Source of the DNA: a candidate division WWE3 bacterium
Lineage (GTDB): Bacteria > Patescibacteriota > WWE3 > UBA101185 > UBA10185
NCBI GenBank assembly: GCA_014729135.1
Contig: WJKK01000001.1
Coordinates: forward strand, 260,588 to 324,587
Reading direction: 5' to 3'
Length of the DNA stretch: 64,000 nucleotides
The translations under genes were made by a program, and so were the position numbers. Positions 48,404 to 58,227 of this stretch are shown here, piece by piece; the first letter of the stretch is position 1, and every line of letters begins with the position of its first letter. Below the pieces are notes generated by a model, which was not told the origin of the DNA, searched no databases, and worked only from the letters and a program-made list of their open reading frames with translations.

Positions 48404-49750
48404 ATGCTTGATATCAGCTTTATTAGAGAAAATCCGGAGGAGGTTAAGCAGGCTCTGTATGATAGGCAAGTTGAGCTTGATTTGGATGCGTTTTTAAATC
48501 TGGACTCTCGTCGTAGAAGTTCTCTGCAGCATTTGGAAACTAAGCGAGCCCTGCGAAATTCTTTATCTGAGGCAATTGCAGAGGTGGCCGATTCGGAGAG
48601 AGCTTCTTTAATAGAGGAGGCGCGTCAAGTGAAAAACGATATTAAGGACTTGGAAAAAGAGTTTGACGTTTTAGACAAGGAATATCATGAGACTCTAATT
48701 CGAATTCCCAATGTTCCCTCTAAAGAAATGCCTGTTGGTAAGGGCGAAGAGGATAATGCTGTTTTAAAAGTATGGCTGCCTAAAGAGGGCTATTTAGATG
48801 TTGAAGGCGCTGATTACACCGATGTTTCTTACATGCCGCAAACTTCTTTTAAATACAAGGATCATGTTGAACTTGGTAAGGATCTGGATCTAATTGATGT
48901 TGAGCAGAGTGCTATTGTTTCCGGGAGTCGCTTTTACTATTTGAAAAATGAGGCGGTTTTGCTGCAGGAGGCGGTTTTTGCCTTGTTGAAAAACAAGCTT
49001 TTAAAGGAAGGTTACATGCCCATGATTTCTCCTCTGTTGGTAAAGGAAAAGTCTTTGTTTGGTACAAGTCATTTTCCGGAAGGGCGCGATCAAATTTATA
49101 AAATAGAAAGCTTTAATGTTGAGGATAAAAATGAGCTTTATTTAGTGGGGTCTTCGGAGCCTTCAAACTTTTCATATTTCATGGATAAAAAGTTTTCGGT
49201 TGAAGAGCTGCCTATTAAGGTTTTTGTGGAGAGCACTTGTTTTAGGAGTGAGGTAGGCTCTTGGGGGAAGGATGTTCGTGGAATTAAGCGGGTGCATCAG
49301 TTTGATAAGGTGGAGATGAATACTATTTGTACTCCTGCTAAGGCTCGCGAAGTTTTTGATGAGTACTTGGCAATTAACGAGTGGATGCTGCAGGAGCTAA
49401 AGCTTCCTTATCGAATTATTAGCAAGTGTACGGGGGATGCCGGTTATAACGCGTCGCATCTTCAGTTTGATTGGGATTATTGGCGTCCGGGTGAGCGCGA
49501 GTTTATGGAAGGTGGAACGGATACTTGGGCTACTGATTATCAGGCCCGTCGTTTAGGGATTCGCTATGAGGCTGATGATGAAGCTGCTTATGTGCATACG
49601 GTTAACGACACGGGAGCAACTACGCGAGTTATAATTGCAATTTTGGAAAACTATCAGCAGGAGGACGGCTCCATTTTGATCCCGGAGGCCTTGCACCCTT
49701 ATGTGGGTGGACTTGAAAAAATCTCTCATGCTAAGATTAAGCGGAAATAA
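48404..49750 (+). CDS. serS: Serine--tRNA ligase
   Basis: MLDI..IREN, SGSRFYYL, CFRSEVG, RVHQFDKVE and ILENYQ motifs. Confidence 0.98.
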   Translation: MLDISFIRENPEEVKQALYDRQVELDLDAFLNLDSRRRSSLQHLETKRALRNSLSEAIAEVADSERASLIEEARQVKNDIKDLEKEFDVLDKEYHETLIRIPNVPSKEMPVGKGEEDNAVLKVWLPKEGYLDVEGADYTDVSYMPQTSFKYKDHVELGKDLDLIDVEQSAIVSGSRFYYLKNEAVLLQEAVFALLKNKLLKEGYMPMISPLLVKEKSLFGTSHFPEGRDQIYKIESFNVEDKNELYLVGSSEPSNFSYFMDKKFSVEELPIKVFVESTCFRSEVGSWGKDVRGIKRVHQFDKVEMNTICTPAKAREVFDEYLAINEWMLQELKLPYRIISKCTGDAGYNASHLQFDWDYWRPGEREFMEGGTDTWATDYQARRLGIRYEADDEAAYVHTVNDTGATTRVIIAILENYQQEDGSILIPEALHPYVGGLEKISHAKIKRK

Positions 49751-49753
49751 GCT

Positions 49754-50449
49754 ATGTCTGTTTTTGCCGGAATAAAACCACCCGAAATTTTGCTTGAAAC
49801 TTCCTCTAAGTACAATAAATCCATTAAGGTTCTAAAAGTTGGGGATGTTTTGAAGCTAAGCGTTAATAATTTTATTCAGTCATTTAGTAAGAATTCTAAG
49901 TCGGCTCATAGGCTTTGTTGGGGTCAGGCTGTTGATTTGATTAAAAAGGAGTCTAGTGATGTGCCGGTTGATAAGATTTTAGTTCTTGGAATGGGTGGGG
50001 GAACTATGCAGCACATGCTTAGGGAGCAGTTTCCTGAGGCGCATATTGTGAGTGTGGAAATTGATCCGGTAATGGTTGATATTGCCCGGGAGTATTTTGA
50101 TATTGAGGATCTTGATAACCACGAAATCGTTGTCGAGGATGCTTTGCGTTTTGTGGTGGAGCCGCAGGAGCATGGTTTTGAGAAGCAGTCTTTTGATGTG
50201 ATTGTTGTGGATACGGTTTTAGGTGATGAGTTTCCTGATCTTGGTAAGTCAGGCAATTTTTTGGCCGCTGTTAAGCAGTTGTTGGTTCCTGGTGGATTGA
50301 TTTTGTTTAATCGCATGTATTTGGATGAGCATCAGGAAAGCGCTAATACTTTTGTGGAGTATGTGGAGAATTTTTTTGAGGGAGTTGATACGCATGTGGT
50401 TGCAGGGCATACGAATTCGGATAATATTTTGATTTACGGGCGTTCTTAG
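49754..50449 (+). CDS. Spermidine-synthase-like SAM methyltransferase
   Basis: VLGMGGG, VEID, DAL.F, DVIVVD and L.PGG motifs. Confidence 0.85.
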   Translation: MSVFAGIKPPEILLETSSKYNKSIKVLKVGDVLKLSVNNFIQSFSKNSKSAHRLCWGQAVDLIKKESSDVPVDKILVLGMGGGTMQHMLREQFPEAHIVSVEIDPVMVDIAREYFDIEDLDNHEIVVEDALRFVVEPQEHGFEKQSFDVIVVDTVLGDEFPDLGKSGNFLAAVKQLLVPGGLILFNRMYLDEHQESANTFVEYVENFFEGVDTHVVAGHTNSDNILIYGRS

Positions 50450-50488
50450 GCTTTTTAAGAGCCTGAGTATGGCGAGGGTTTGGCTTTT

Positions 50489-51256
50489 ATGACTGTTTTT
50501 CAAGCTTTAATTTTAGGTGTAGTTCAGGGGTTAACTGAGTTTTTACCTGTTTCTTCTTCAGCACATTTAGTGGTTTTACCGGAAATTTTTGGTTGGCAGG
50601 CGCATTCTTTGGTTTTTGATACTACTTTGCATTTGGGAACCTCCTTGGCTTTGCTGGCTTACTTTTGGAAGGATTTGTGGGAGATTTTACGTAGTCCTAA
50701 GAAGTGGTGGTTTAAGTTATTTTTAGGGATGTTGCCGGCGGGAGTTTTGGGATTTTTGTTTAATGATTTATTTGAGGAGTATTTCCGGGATATTTCTTTT
50801 GTGGTTGTGTTTTTGGTTTTAGGGAGTGTTTTAATGCATGTAGCTGAGAAGTTTTTTTCTTCCGGTAATGCTTCTGCTGAGGAGGTTTCCGCTAAGAAAA
50901 GTTTTTTGGTAGGACTTTTTCAGAGCTTAGCTTTGTTTCCGGGATTTTCTCGTTCCGGTTCTACGATTTCAGGGGGTATGATTCTTGGAATGTCGAGGGA
51001 AGCAGCAGCTAAGTTTTCGTTTTTACTTTCAATTCCTTTGGTGTGGGCAGCGGGAGGTTTGGAGTTTGTTCAATTGTTTTCTGCAGGTGTTGGTGGGAGC
51101 AGCGTTTCTGCTTTTGCTCTGTTAGTGGGAGCAGTTTCCAGCTTTTTAACGGGAGTTTTATGCATTAAATTCTTCATGCGCTTTGTAAAAAGCAATTCCT
51201 TAATCCCTTTTGTAGTCTACCGCCTTCTCCTCGCCCTGGCTTTGATTATGCTTTAA
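50489..51256 (+). CDS. uppP: Undecaprenyl-diphosphatase
   Basis: QGLTEFLPVSSSAHL and PGFSRSGST motifs. Confidence 0.96.
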   Translation: MTVFQALILGVVQGLTEFLPVSSSAHLVVLPEIFGWQAHSLVFDTTLHLGTSLALLAYFWKDLWEILRSPKKWWFKLFLGMLPAGVLGFLFNDLFEEYFRDISFVVVFLVLGSVLMHVAEKFFSSGNASAEEVSAKKSFLVGLFQSLALFPGFSRSGSTISGGMILGMSREAAAKFSFLLSIPLVWAAGGLEFVQLFSAGVGGSSVSAFALLVGAVSSFLTGVLCIKFFMRFVKSNSLIPFVVYRLLLALALIML

Positions 51257-51860
51257 AATCCGCTGCTGATTCTCGTAAAAAAGTTTTAACTTCTTGCCAT
51301 TTGGTGGGTTTCAAATAATCCGGTTCCAGGTCACTCTCAACATCTACAAAATACGTTAACGATTTAAGAATATGTGTTCTTTGATAATCTCTCTTTTCGT
51401 ACTTTTTTTCCAAGGCCTTCACTAAATCCTTTAAATCGAGTGTTTGCAATATCTCGTACAGATCCACAAAGTCTTTTTTGGCACTCCTTTGAGAAATGGC
51501 AATTATTTTCATGCAGGCAATATCTAGTACAGATGCCATTTTTATCGCCTTATATCTAACAGTTTCTTTCAAAAGGGGATATGCATATTCCAAAAAGCTT
51601 ATTTTTACTCCCTCAATTTGCAAATGTAGCGTTCCCGGTTTTTCTTCAGTTATTGTTGGTTGATATTTTTCCAGAGCTTTGATGAGTTTTTCTTGTGAAG
51701 GAAACTTTTTTGCAAAAAAATCCAGATCAATGGATTTTCTATGCCCTAGTTGCAGCGCTAGAGCGGTTCCTCCTGCCAAGTAAAACTTCTCTAAAATTGG
51801 CTCATTTTGAATCTTTTCAAGAACTTCTTTTGTTTTTAAATAGAGTGTTTCTTCATGCAT
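51246..51860 (-). CDS. AbiEii-family nucleotidyltransferase toxin
   Basis: YLAGGTALALQLGHRKSIDLDF and K...I..R..KKDFVD motifs. Confidence 0.92.
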   Translation of the reverse strand: MHEETLYLKTKEVLEKIQNEPILEKFYLAGGTALALQLGHRKSIDLDFFAKKFPSQEKLIKALEKYQPTITEEKPGTLHLQIEGVKISFLEYAYPLLKETVRYKAIKMASVLDIACMKIIAISQRSAKKDFVDLYEILQTLDLKDLVKALEKKYEKRDYQRTHILKSLTYFVDVESDLEPDYLKPTKWQEVKTFLRESAADFKA

Positions 51861-52114
51861 TCTAGATTTTTCGCGGGAACTTTGTAATATAAGGCATAAA
51901 AATTCCCTGTTTTGGGGCTTATATTTTTGGAGTTTTTTAGGGTTTCTACAATCTTTTTTCTATCATAAGTCTTATTTAGCCATTTTATTTCTTCCAGATC
52001 TCCCCACTCCAGAATTCGCTCAATAATAAATTTATAGTGTTTGTCTATTGAAATGTTTTCCAAAGGAGTATCCCAAAAGAATACCTTAAAAGACTTAGGT
52101 AGCTTCCTTTCCAT
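51836..52114 (-). CDS. DUF6922-type putative antitoxin
   Basis: FWD and FIIERILEWG motifs; overlaps the AbiEii start. Confidence 0.8.
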   Translation of the reverse strand: MERKLPKSFKVFFWDTPLENISIDKHYKFIIERILEWGDLEEIKWLNKTYDRKKIVETLKNSKNISPKTGNFYALYYKVPAKNLECMKKHSI

Positions 52115-52177
52115 GCTTTAATTATACCAAGCCTATTCATTCTGAGTTTGCTGCAGCAATGATATAATCCCTACGTC

Positions 52178-54826
52178 ATGCTAGAAAAAATATTTGGCGT
52201 AATCTTTGACACCAACGAAAAACAACTCAAAAAACTGCAACCTCTTGTGCAAAAAGTAAACTCCCATGAAAACGAAGTGCAAAATTGGTCAGCCCAAGAC
52301 TTTAAAGATCAGACAAAAAAATGGCAAGAACAACTGCAACAAAAACCCTACGAAAAACAGCAAGAAATCCTAAACCAAATACTCCCTAAAGCCTTTGCTG
52401 CAGCCAGAGAGGCTGCAAAAAGAACCGTAGAAATGCGCCCTTACGACGTACAGGTTTTAGCAGGAATCGTCCTCCATCAGGGAAAAATTGCCGAGCAAAA
52501 AACAGGAGAAGGAAAGACCCTAACAGCCACAATGCCTCTTTATCTAAACGCCCTAACCGGAAAAGGCTGCCACTTAGTCACTCCCAACGACTACTTATCC
52601 AGACACGGCGCAGGCTGGATGGGCTCCGTTTACAACTACCTAGGACTTTCCGTTGGCGTAATCATGCAGGAAAAAGCCTTCATCTACGACTCCGAATACG
52701 AAAACTCTACATTTCAAGACGAATACGCCAAGCATCTAAAAGAAGTTGATCGAAAAGAAGCCTACAAAGCCGACGTAACCTATGGAACAAATCACGAATT
52801 TGGCTTTGACTACCTTCGCGACAACATGAAACACAACTTAGAAGAACTCGTTCAAACCAATCCCAATGGAACCTTAGGCACACACAATTTTGCCATTGTT
52901 GACGAAGTAGACTCCATTTTAATTGACGTGGCACGAACGCCTCTAATAATTTCCACGTCATACTCGCAACCCACTTCTCGCTATCAGGAAGCCAACAATA
53001 TTGTTAAAGGGCTTTTAAAAGGAACCGACTATGAGGTGGATGAGAAGTATCGCAGCTCCACTCTAACCGAGTTAGGAATTCGCAAAGTGGAAAAACTTTT
53101 AGGTGTGGGGAATTTGTACGAGGAAGATTTTGAGATGGTGCATTTAATTGAGCAAGCTTTAATTGCAAATACGCTTTATGAAAAGGACACGGACTATGTG
53201 GTTAAGGATGGTCAGGTAGTTATTGTGGATCAGTTTACAGGGCGTTTGTTGCCAAGTAATCGCTATTCGCATGGGTTGCATCAGGCTATTGAGGCTAAAG
53301 AAGGAGTTGCTATTCAGGAAGAATCCCGTACGCTTGCGGAAATCTCGTATCAGAACTATTTTAGGATGTATTCAAAACTTGCCGGCATGACAGGTACTGC
53401 AGCAACGGAGGCGGAGGAGTTTAAAAAGATTTACGATCTTGACGTTGTTATTGTTCCGACGCATCGTCCTATTGCGCGAAAAGATCACAACGATGTGGTC
53501 TATAAAACTATTTCCGCTAAGTTTAAGGCAGTGGCGGATGAAATTGAGGAGCGTCACAACAAGGGTCAGCCGGTTTTGGTGGGTACGACTTCAGTTGAGA
53601 AGAGCCAACTTTTGCATAATTATTTGGTGCGAAAAAAGATTTCTCATGAGATTTTGAATGCTAAGAATCATGAGCGGGAGGCTTTAATTATTGCTCAGGC
53701 AGGTAAGCCGGGAGCAGTTACGGTTTCTACAAATATGGCCGGTCGAGGTGTGGACATTATTTTGGGAGGGGATCCTTCTACTGATGAGGAGCAGGAGAAG
53801 GTTAAGGAGTTGGGTGGTTTGCATGTTATTGGTACTGAGCGGCATGAGTCTCGCCGTATTGACAATCAGCTTAGAGGCCGTTCAGGGAGGCAGGGCGATC
53901 CGGGGTCTTCCAGGTTTTTTGTGTCTCTGCAGGATGATTTGATGCGAATTTTTGGAGGAGCTCGTGTGGAGGCGCTGATGAATCGTTTTGGGCTGGATGA
54001 GAATGTGCCTTTGGAAGCAGGAATGGTGAGTAAGGCCATTGAGAACGCGCAAAAGAAGGTGGAGGGTTTTAACTTTGACCGCCGTAAGAGTTTGGTGGAG
54101 ATGGATGACGTTATGAATGTGCATCGTGAGGTAGTTTATAAGTTGCGTCGTCGTATTTTGGAGCTTGCTTCTGGGGATGAGTCTCATGTGGATTGGTTTT
54201 TGCAGGAGCTTGCGGAGAAGGCTGGTTTTGATGCTGCGGTTTGGGAGGAGAAGAAGTCTTCGTTTGTTTCGGAGCATGGTTTGGGGCAGTGGCGGGAGGT
54301 TTTGAAGCAGTTGACTTTGCCGGTGGTGGATCTTTTGTGGATGGAGCATTTGGTGGATATGGATCAGCTGAAGGAGGGGATTGGTTTGCGGGGTTATGCG
54401 CAGCGGGATCCTATGGTGGAGTATAAAAAGGAGGGGCATGCGCGGTTTGAGGTTTTGGTTCGCAAGATTTATGCGTCTATTGCGGATCGGCTGGAGCGTT
54501 TTCGTGGGGCGGGTCGTGCAGAGGATTCGTCGGCTTTGTCGGGAGGTTCTCGAGGGGATGTTTTGGAGCGTAGTATGGCTCAGGCGCAGTATACGAAAGG
54601 GGATTTGGAGGCGGGGGTTTCTGATGAGGCTGCTTTGGTCCAGCAGGGGCGTGGGCCGGGTAGTTCCGGAGGTTCCGGTAGCTCTGATGACGGCTTGCGC
54701 GACAGGATAGGTCGCAATTTCAAGGTTAAAAAGGTCAGTGGATCTTCTTCAGAGGATGTAGGTAGAAACGATCCCTGCCCTTGTGGAAGCGGCAAAAAAT
54801 ACAAGTACTGCTGCGGCAAAAACTAA
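52178..54826 (+). CDS. secA: Preprotein translocase ATPase SecA
   Basis: TGEGKT, VDEVDSILID, TNMAGRG, QLRGRSGRQGDPG and GRNDPCPCGSGKKYK motifs. Confidence 0.99.
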   Translation: MLEKIFGVIFDTNEKQLKKLQPLVQKVNSHENEVQNWSAQDFKDQTKKWQEQLQQKPYEKQQEILNQILPKAFAAAREAAKRTVEMRPYDVQVLAGIVLHQGKIAEQKTGEGKTLTATMPLYLNALTGKGCHLVTPNDYLSRHGAGWMGSVYNYLGLSVGVIMQEKAFIYDSEYENSTFQDEYAKHLKEVDRKEAYKADVTYGTNHEFGFDYLRDNMKHNLEELVQTNPNGTLGTHNFAIVDEVDSILIDVARTPLIISTSYSQPTSRYQEANNIVKGLLKGTDYEVDEKYRSSTLTELGIRKVEKLLGVGNLYEEDFEMVHLIEQALIANTLYEKDTDYVVKDGQVVIVDQFTGRLLPSNRYSHGLHQAIEAKEGVAIQEESRTLAEISYQNYFRMYSKLAGMTGTAATEAEEFKKIYDLDVVIVPTHRPIARKDHNDVVYKTISAKFKAVADEIEERHNKGQPVLVGTTSVEKSQLLHNYLVRKKISHEILNAKNHEREALIIAQAGKPGAVTVSTNMAGRGVDIILGGDPSTDEEQEKVKELGGLHVIGTERHESRRIDNQLRGRSGRQGDPGSSRFFVSLQDDLMRIFGGARVEALMNRFGLDENVPLEAGMVSKAIENAQKKVEGFNFDRRKSLVEMDDVMNVHREVVYKLRRRILELASGDESHVDWFLQELAEKAGFDAAVWEEKKSSFVSEHGLGQWREVLKQLTLPVVDLLWMEHLVDMDQLKEGIGLRGYAQRDPMVEYKKEGHARFEVLVRKIYASIADRLERFRGAGRAEDSSALSGGSRGDVLERSMAQAQYTKGDLEAGVSDEAALVQQGRGPGSSGGSGSSDDGLRDRIGRNFKVKKVSGSSSEDVGRNDPCPCGSGKKYKYCCGKN

Positions 54827-54880
54827 CCCTCAATTTTTCCCAAAGGAGCTGTCCCTTAAATCTGGTACAATCTAAGCACA

Positions 54881-55312
54881 ATGAAATTTACTAAAAAGTT
54901 TTATTTCAGCTTTGCCTTGCTCCTCACAGTTAGCGCTTTAAGTTACACTGCCTTTATCACATTCAGCCCACGCCTCTTAGCCAAAGTTTCCGAAAGCGTA
55001 AAAGGCACCTACATCCACAGCGAATTCTCCTACCTTCCCTCCATTGAAGACGCCACCGAAATCAGCGCCAACTACAAATCCGAAGGGTTTGAACGCTCCT
55101 TTGTAATGAGTCAATCCTGCGAAAACGTTCCCCAACGCTTCTATAAAAACGTATTAACTGCCGACGAATGGATTGCCGAAAAAACAGAAAGCAAAGAAAG
55201 CTACCAAGCCACCACCTACAAAAAAGGAACGCAAAAAATTAGAGTCGCCTCCTTTGATGATCCCGAAAAAGATGAATGTCTAATAACCCTAGTAGGCTAC
55301 CGCTCCGAATAA
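54881..55312 (+). CDS. Hypothetical exported protein
   Basis: N-terminal signal or TM segment; extended -10 (TGGTACAAT) just upstream. Confidence 0.65.
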   Translation: MKFTKKFYFSFALLLTVSALSYTAFITFSPRLLAKVSESVKGTYIHSEFSYLPSIEDATEISANYKSEGFERSFVMSQSCENVPQRFYKNVLTADEWIAEKTESKESYQATTYKKGTQKIRVASFDDPEKDECLITLVGYRSE

Positions 55313-55320
55313 ACCGCCGT

Positions 55321-57117
55321 CTACTCCGCCGTTCCCACCAAAAACACCGCTCGCCAAGGCCTATACACACTCTTATAAGTCTCCTCAAACAAAACCTCCT
55401 CATCCTTACTAACCGTACGCGAAAAAACAGAAGTCCCTCCCGGAGCAGCAAAATCTATCTGTCTAGTTACCCCTTTAGCCAGAGTATCCGTTTCCTCATA
55501 CAAAGGGGCCGGCGCACCCGTCACTCCTGTAATTTCAGGATCCGTAATTTCAACCTCACGCCCATCGGGAGTTCCATAAATATTAAAAGCCAACTTACTT
55601 TCTTCCGGCATCGATTCAGCCTGCACCAAAACGTAATTTGGCGTATCGTTTTTAAATCTAAAATCCAGGGCGGGCTGATAAATGGAGGCGTCAAAGCCCA
55701 CAGGTTTGTCCTGCTCGTAATAGGAAACTCGATAAGCATGTGGATGGCGCTCTACAACAGGAAGGCCTGAATTCAAAACCGCCCTAAAAAGTGTAGTAGA
55801 CGTTTGGCAGACCCCTCCTCCCGCACCTAAAATAGTTCGTCCGTTAGAAATTATCCAGGCAGAGTTATATCCGGTTGCTCCACTAATGGCGCCAACAGCT
55901 TGGTTTAAAGAATAAGTTTCCCCGGGAGGTACCAGGACTCCACTTGCCCTTTCAGCAGCCAGCGTTAAATTATGAACTCGAGAAGCTCCTGAACCTGAAT
56001 AATCCGATTCCCCTCGCCCCAACAGAGCAAAAATCCCATACTTAGTTAGATCTGAGGAATTGTTTGTTGGAATAGTTGTAACAGCAACTTTTTCTTTATT
56101 TTCAAAAAGAGCTTCCTTAAAATCCTCTGTAAAGGCTTTAATATCAAGTTCCTCGCCTTCCTCAATAATTTCAAACTCTAAAACTTGGCCTTCCTCCGTT
56201 TCCTCAGTAACCAAACCTCTAGGAAGCACATTAACTTTTTCCGCCAGCCTTTCCAGATAACTTTCAAAAGTCTTAGTATTTAATTTCAAGCTTAATTCTC
56301 CCTCTCCTAGATCCCCATCCGTTTTAGCCACGCTCACATACTCCAACTTTTCCTTAGGGGTAATTTCCCAAGCATTTTCATTATGCGTTACCGTTAAATC
56401 GTTGCGCGCCAAAATCTCCACATCTGCTTTCAATCCCTGCAAATCCGACGCCAAAATATCAGCTTCTTCCACAACAACCGGCAGCTCCTTCTCGGAATAC
56501 TCCAGATTTTCAAAACTTTGCAGCACCAGGCGATAAAGCGCATTACTGTTAATCTTCCTGCCCACTTGATCCTTTTGGATTTGCACGTTTTCCTCTTCAT
56601 CCAGATAGAAGCGCGCATTTACAGAAGGTTGATCCACCAAACCCTTAATTTCACTTAAACGCTGCTCCAAAAGGTTGGTATTAAAGTCGCTTGCCGCCTT
56701 TATAGGTTGCGGTTTAATTAAACCAGCCAGCTTTGTCTTTAAATCAACGAGAAAATTTCCGGTTCGCCCGGCATTAAAAGCTGCTTTAACTGTGCTTTCA
56801 GCGTCATATTCCAACTCTAAATTTTGGGTTTTAATTTCATAAACGGCGCTCTCCTCCGAGTCCTTTAAAACTAGCGTATACTCCTTCTCAAAAGGATTCT
56901 CCAAAACCTTTAAAGCTTCCGTTGCAGTCATCCCTCCAAGTTTTATATCTGCAACTCTAACCCCCGGGATTATCTTGTTGGCAAAGTAAGCATGATAGGC
57001 CGAAAATATCAAAAGCCCCCCAAAGACAGCAAGCACAAGGGTTTTCCCCCACACAGGTAACTTTGCCTGCATCATCTTATCCCAGGTTTTGTTGATTTCC
57101 TTTTTAGCTTTAGCCAC
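55321..57117 (-). CDS. VanW-family protein with PG_binding_4 repeats and a G5-like tail
   Basis: R.HN..LA, GGGVCQTSTTLFRA, HAYRVSYYE and DFRFKNDT motifs. Confidence 0.9.
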   Translation of the reverse strand: MAKAKKEINKTWDKMMQAKLPVWGKTLVLAVFGGLLIFSAYHAYFANKIIPGVRVADIKLGGMTATEALKVLENPFEKEYTLVLKDSEESAVYEIKTQNLELEYDAESTVKAAFNAGRTGNFLVDLKTKLAGLIKPQPIKAASDFNTNLLEQRLSEIKGLVDQPSVNARFYLDEEENVQIQKDQVGRKINSNALYRLVLQSFENLEYSEKELPVVVEEADILASDLQGLKADVEILARNDLTVTHNENAWEITPKEKLEYVSVAKTDGDLGEGELSLKLNTKTFESYLERLAEKVNVLPRGLVTEETEEGQVLEFEIIEEGEELDIKAFTEDFKEALFENKEKVAVTTIPTNNSSDLTKYGIFALLGRGESDYSGSGASRVHNLTLAAERASGVLVPPGETYSLNQAVGAISGATGYNSAWIISNGRTILGAGGGVCQTSTTLFRAVLNSGLPVVERHPHAYRVSYYEQDKPVGFDASIYQPALDFRFKNDTPNYVLVQAESMPEESKLAFNIYGTPDGREVEITDPEITGVTGAPAPLYEETDTLAKGVTRQIDFAAPGGTSVFSRTVSKDEEVLFEETYKSVYRPWRAVFLVGTAE

Positions 57118-57129
57118 GTTTTTGTTTTG

Positions 57130-57660
57130 CTATTTTCTTGATCCGTTTTTCTTAGGATTGCCTATTAAGTATTTTGGAGCGTCTTCTGACATGTCGATCA
57201 TTTCTTCGGCTTCTTCCGACAAGTGTTTGGAAGCTGTTTGTCCAAAAGCAATGACCTCTGCTTTAACACCTCTACTCTTAGCATACTTCAAAAGCTCTGT
57301 GTAGTCACCATCTCCGGAGACCAGCACCACTACGTCTATTTTAGGAAGTAGTCGAATTACGTCCATACAGATTCCCACGTCCCAGTCGCCTTTTTTAGCC
57401 CCTCCATAGAAAATTTGAAGTTCTTTTTCTTTAACTTCAAAGCCTATTTTATTTAGCGCTTCGAAAAACTGTTCTTCAGCACCAACATCAGCTTTAATTA
57501 CATAGGCAAAGGCTCTAATTAGCTTCCTTTTTCCTACGGCTGCTTTTAATACTTGGGAAAAATCTACTTTAGCGGAGTAGAGATTTTTTGCGGAGTAGTA
57601 CATGTTTTGCACGTCTACAAAGACGGCTACACGTTGCTCTTTATATTTTGTTGTACTCAT
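57130..57660 (-). CDS. NYN-domain (LabA/DUF88) protein
   Basis: FVDVQN, KGDWDV and SGDGDY motifs. Confidence 0.92.
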   Translation of the reverse strand: MSTTKYKEQRVAVFVDVQNMYYSAKNLYSAKVDFSQVLKAAVGKRKLIRAFAYVIKADVGAEEQFFEALNKIGFEVKEKELQIFYGGAKKGDWDVGICMDVIRLLPKIDVVVLVSGDGDYTELLKYAKSRGVKAEVIAFGQTASKHLSEEAEEMIDMSEDAPKYLIGNPKKNGSRK

Positions 57661-57765
57661 TTTTTAAACCTTTCTTGTGAATAATTTTTAAAAGTCAGCC
57701 CCTAATTCACTTTTGTTTATAGGGCTGTTGGGGGTATTTTAACATGTGGGGGAGTTTTTTCTTTT

Positions 57766-58197
57766 TTATTTAAGATACTTAGCGAATATCACATAATCAG
57801 TGTCGCCAAAGTGTCTTGGCAAACTTCCTTCAATTTTGTATCCAAGTTTCTTATAAAATTCCACGGCAGATCTCCAATTTTCTCCGGTTTCAAAATAGAT
57901 TTTATGAACATCATTATTTCCGGATACTTCTTCCACCTTTTCCATTAGCTTTTTTCCAATACTCTTTCTGTAGTGTTTTGGACTCACAATTATTTCATCC
58001 AGATAAGTCACATTTGCCTGAATTGTGAACTCTATATAGCCCACTATTTCATCTTCTTGTACGGCTGTGTACATGAATTTACGTTTTTCCCAGTCAAAAC
58101 TTCTGCCGGGATAGTGTTCTTTATCTGCATGGTCCCAAGCTTCATCAAGGAATTTGTTTAATCTATCTGATTTTTCTTGTATCTTTGTTATTCTCAT
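57766..58197 (-). CDS. GNAT acetyltransferase
   Basis: V.P...RKSIGKKLM and A..FYKKLGY motifs. Confidence 0.9.
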   Translation of the reverse strand: MRITKIQEKSDRLNKFLDEAWDHADKEHYPGRSFDWEKRKFMYTAVQEDEIVGYIEFTIQANVTYLDEIIVSPKHYRKSIGKKLMEKVEEVSGNNDVHKIYFETGENWRSAVEFYKKLGYKIEGSLPRHFGDTDYVIFAKYLK

Positions 58198-58227
58198 GGG
58201 GTTAAAAGCTTTGTATGCTTTTGTACT

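Noticed and set aside
53882-54819. Long alternative-frame and antisense ORFs within secA, also at 25000-25605 and 55276-55770
   Set aside because: They are by-products of the strong G/T versus C/A codon skew, which depletes stop codons; no protein motifs.
216-57117. Vancomycin resistance cluster (VanZ, VanW)
   Set aside because: The genes are about 55 kb apart, belong to widespread families, and there is no vanHAX or vanRS.
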